Made by a program: the position numbers and the translations under genes. From contig CAYMVZ010000002.1 of assembly GCA_964394335.1 (NCBI GenBank), forward strand, positions 1 through 60,619: DNA of 60,619 bases. Direction: 5' to 3'. Under the pieces are notes generated by a model that was not told where the DNA came from, did not search any database, and was given only the letters and a program-made list of their open reading frames with translations. This document shows, one piece after another, positions 60,524 through 60,619 of this stretch (position 1 is its first letter; each line of letters starts with the position of its first letter). This DNA is from an uncultured Nitrospinota bacterium (GTDB lineage: Bacteria > Nitrospinota > Nitrospinia > CAJXCL01).

Positions 60524-60619
60524 TTCTTCACGAGGATTTCTGCTCTTTTACAAGTCATTTCAACTCAGTAGTGTCCGGTTAAGAACTTTATAAATTATAG
60601 TAAGTTATATTTTATCAAT

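Noticed and set aside
60521-60600. Integron attC site after the PRTase
   Set aside because: No RYYYAAC box at the stop, and no long imperfect palindrome.

Overview
AT-rich bacterial chromosomal window, mostly core genes. Gene order and sequence style suggest a Nitrospinota/Desulfobacterota-like organism (inference only). In order: ccmABDC; orphan secF; tRNA-Leu-tig-clpP-clpX-lon; ParB-like/GT2/GT-C-TPR genes; ileS-lspA; a sigma54-type promoter followed by a flagellar cluster (motA, two motB, fliLMNOPQR, flhBAFG, fliA); bioF, yqgE, a PpiC; a cNMP-binding/histidine kinase/response regulator-TPR/second FliL/deoB run; enoyl-CoA hydratase and acyl-CoA dehydrogenase; nadA; ffh-rpsP-khpA-rimM-trmD-SPOUT-rplS-rnhB; two TMTC-like GT-C/TPR genes; a short pheT; zapB-like/zapA; a truncated comF; and a DprA + PRTase pair. 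Best leads: (1) a MotB paralog lacking the ion-binding Asp beside a canonical MotB under one MotA; (2) a three-copy ~80-nt multi-hairpin noncoding motif with compensatory changes (one copy near 15.15 kb, two in tandem near 57.3 kb); (3) a minimal ShosTA-like DprA-PRTase cassette behind a broken comF; (4) a signalling operon ending in a second FliL that shares a sigma54-type promoter with motA; (5) two small genes absent from the ORF track (ccmD and a 54-aa Zn-ribbon protein). All calls come from manual motif reading; no searches or folding programs were run.
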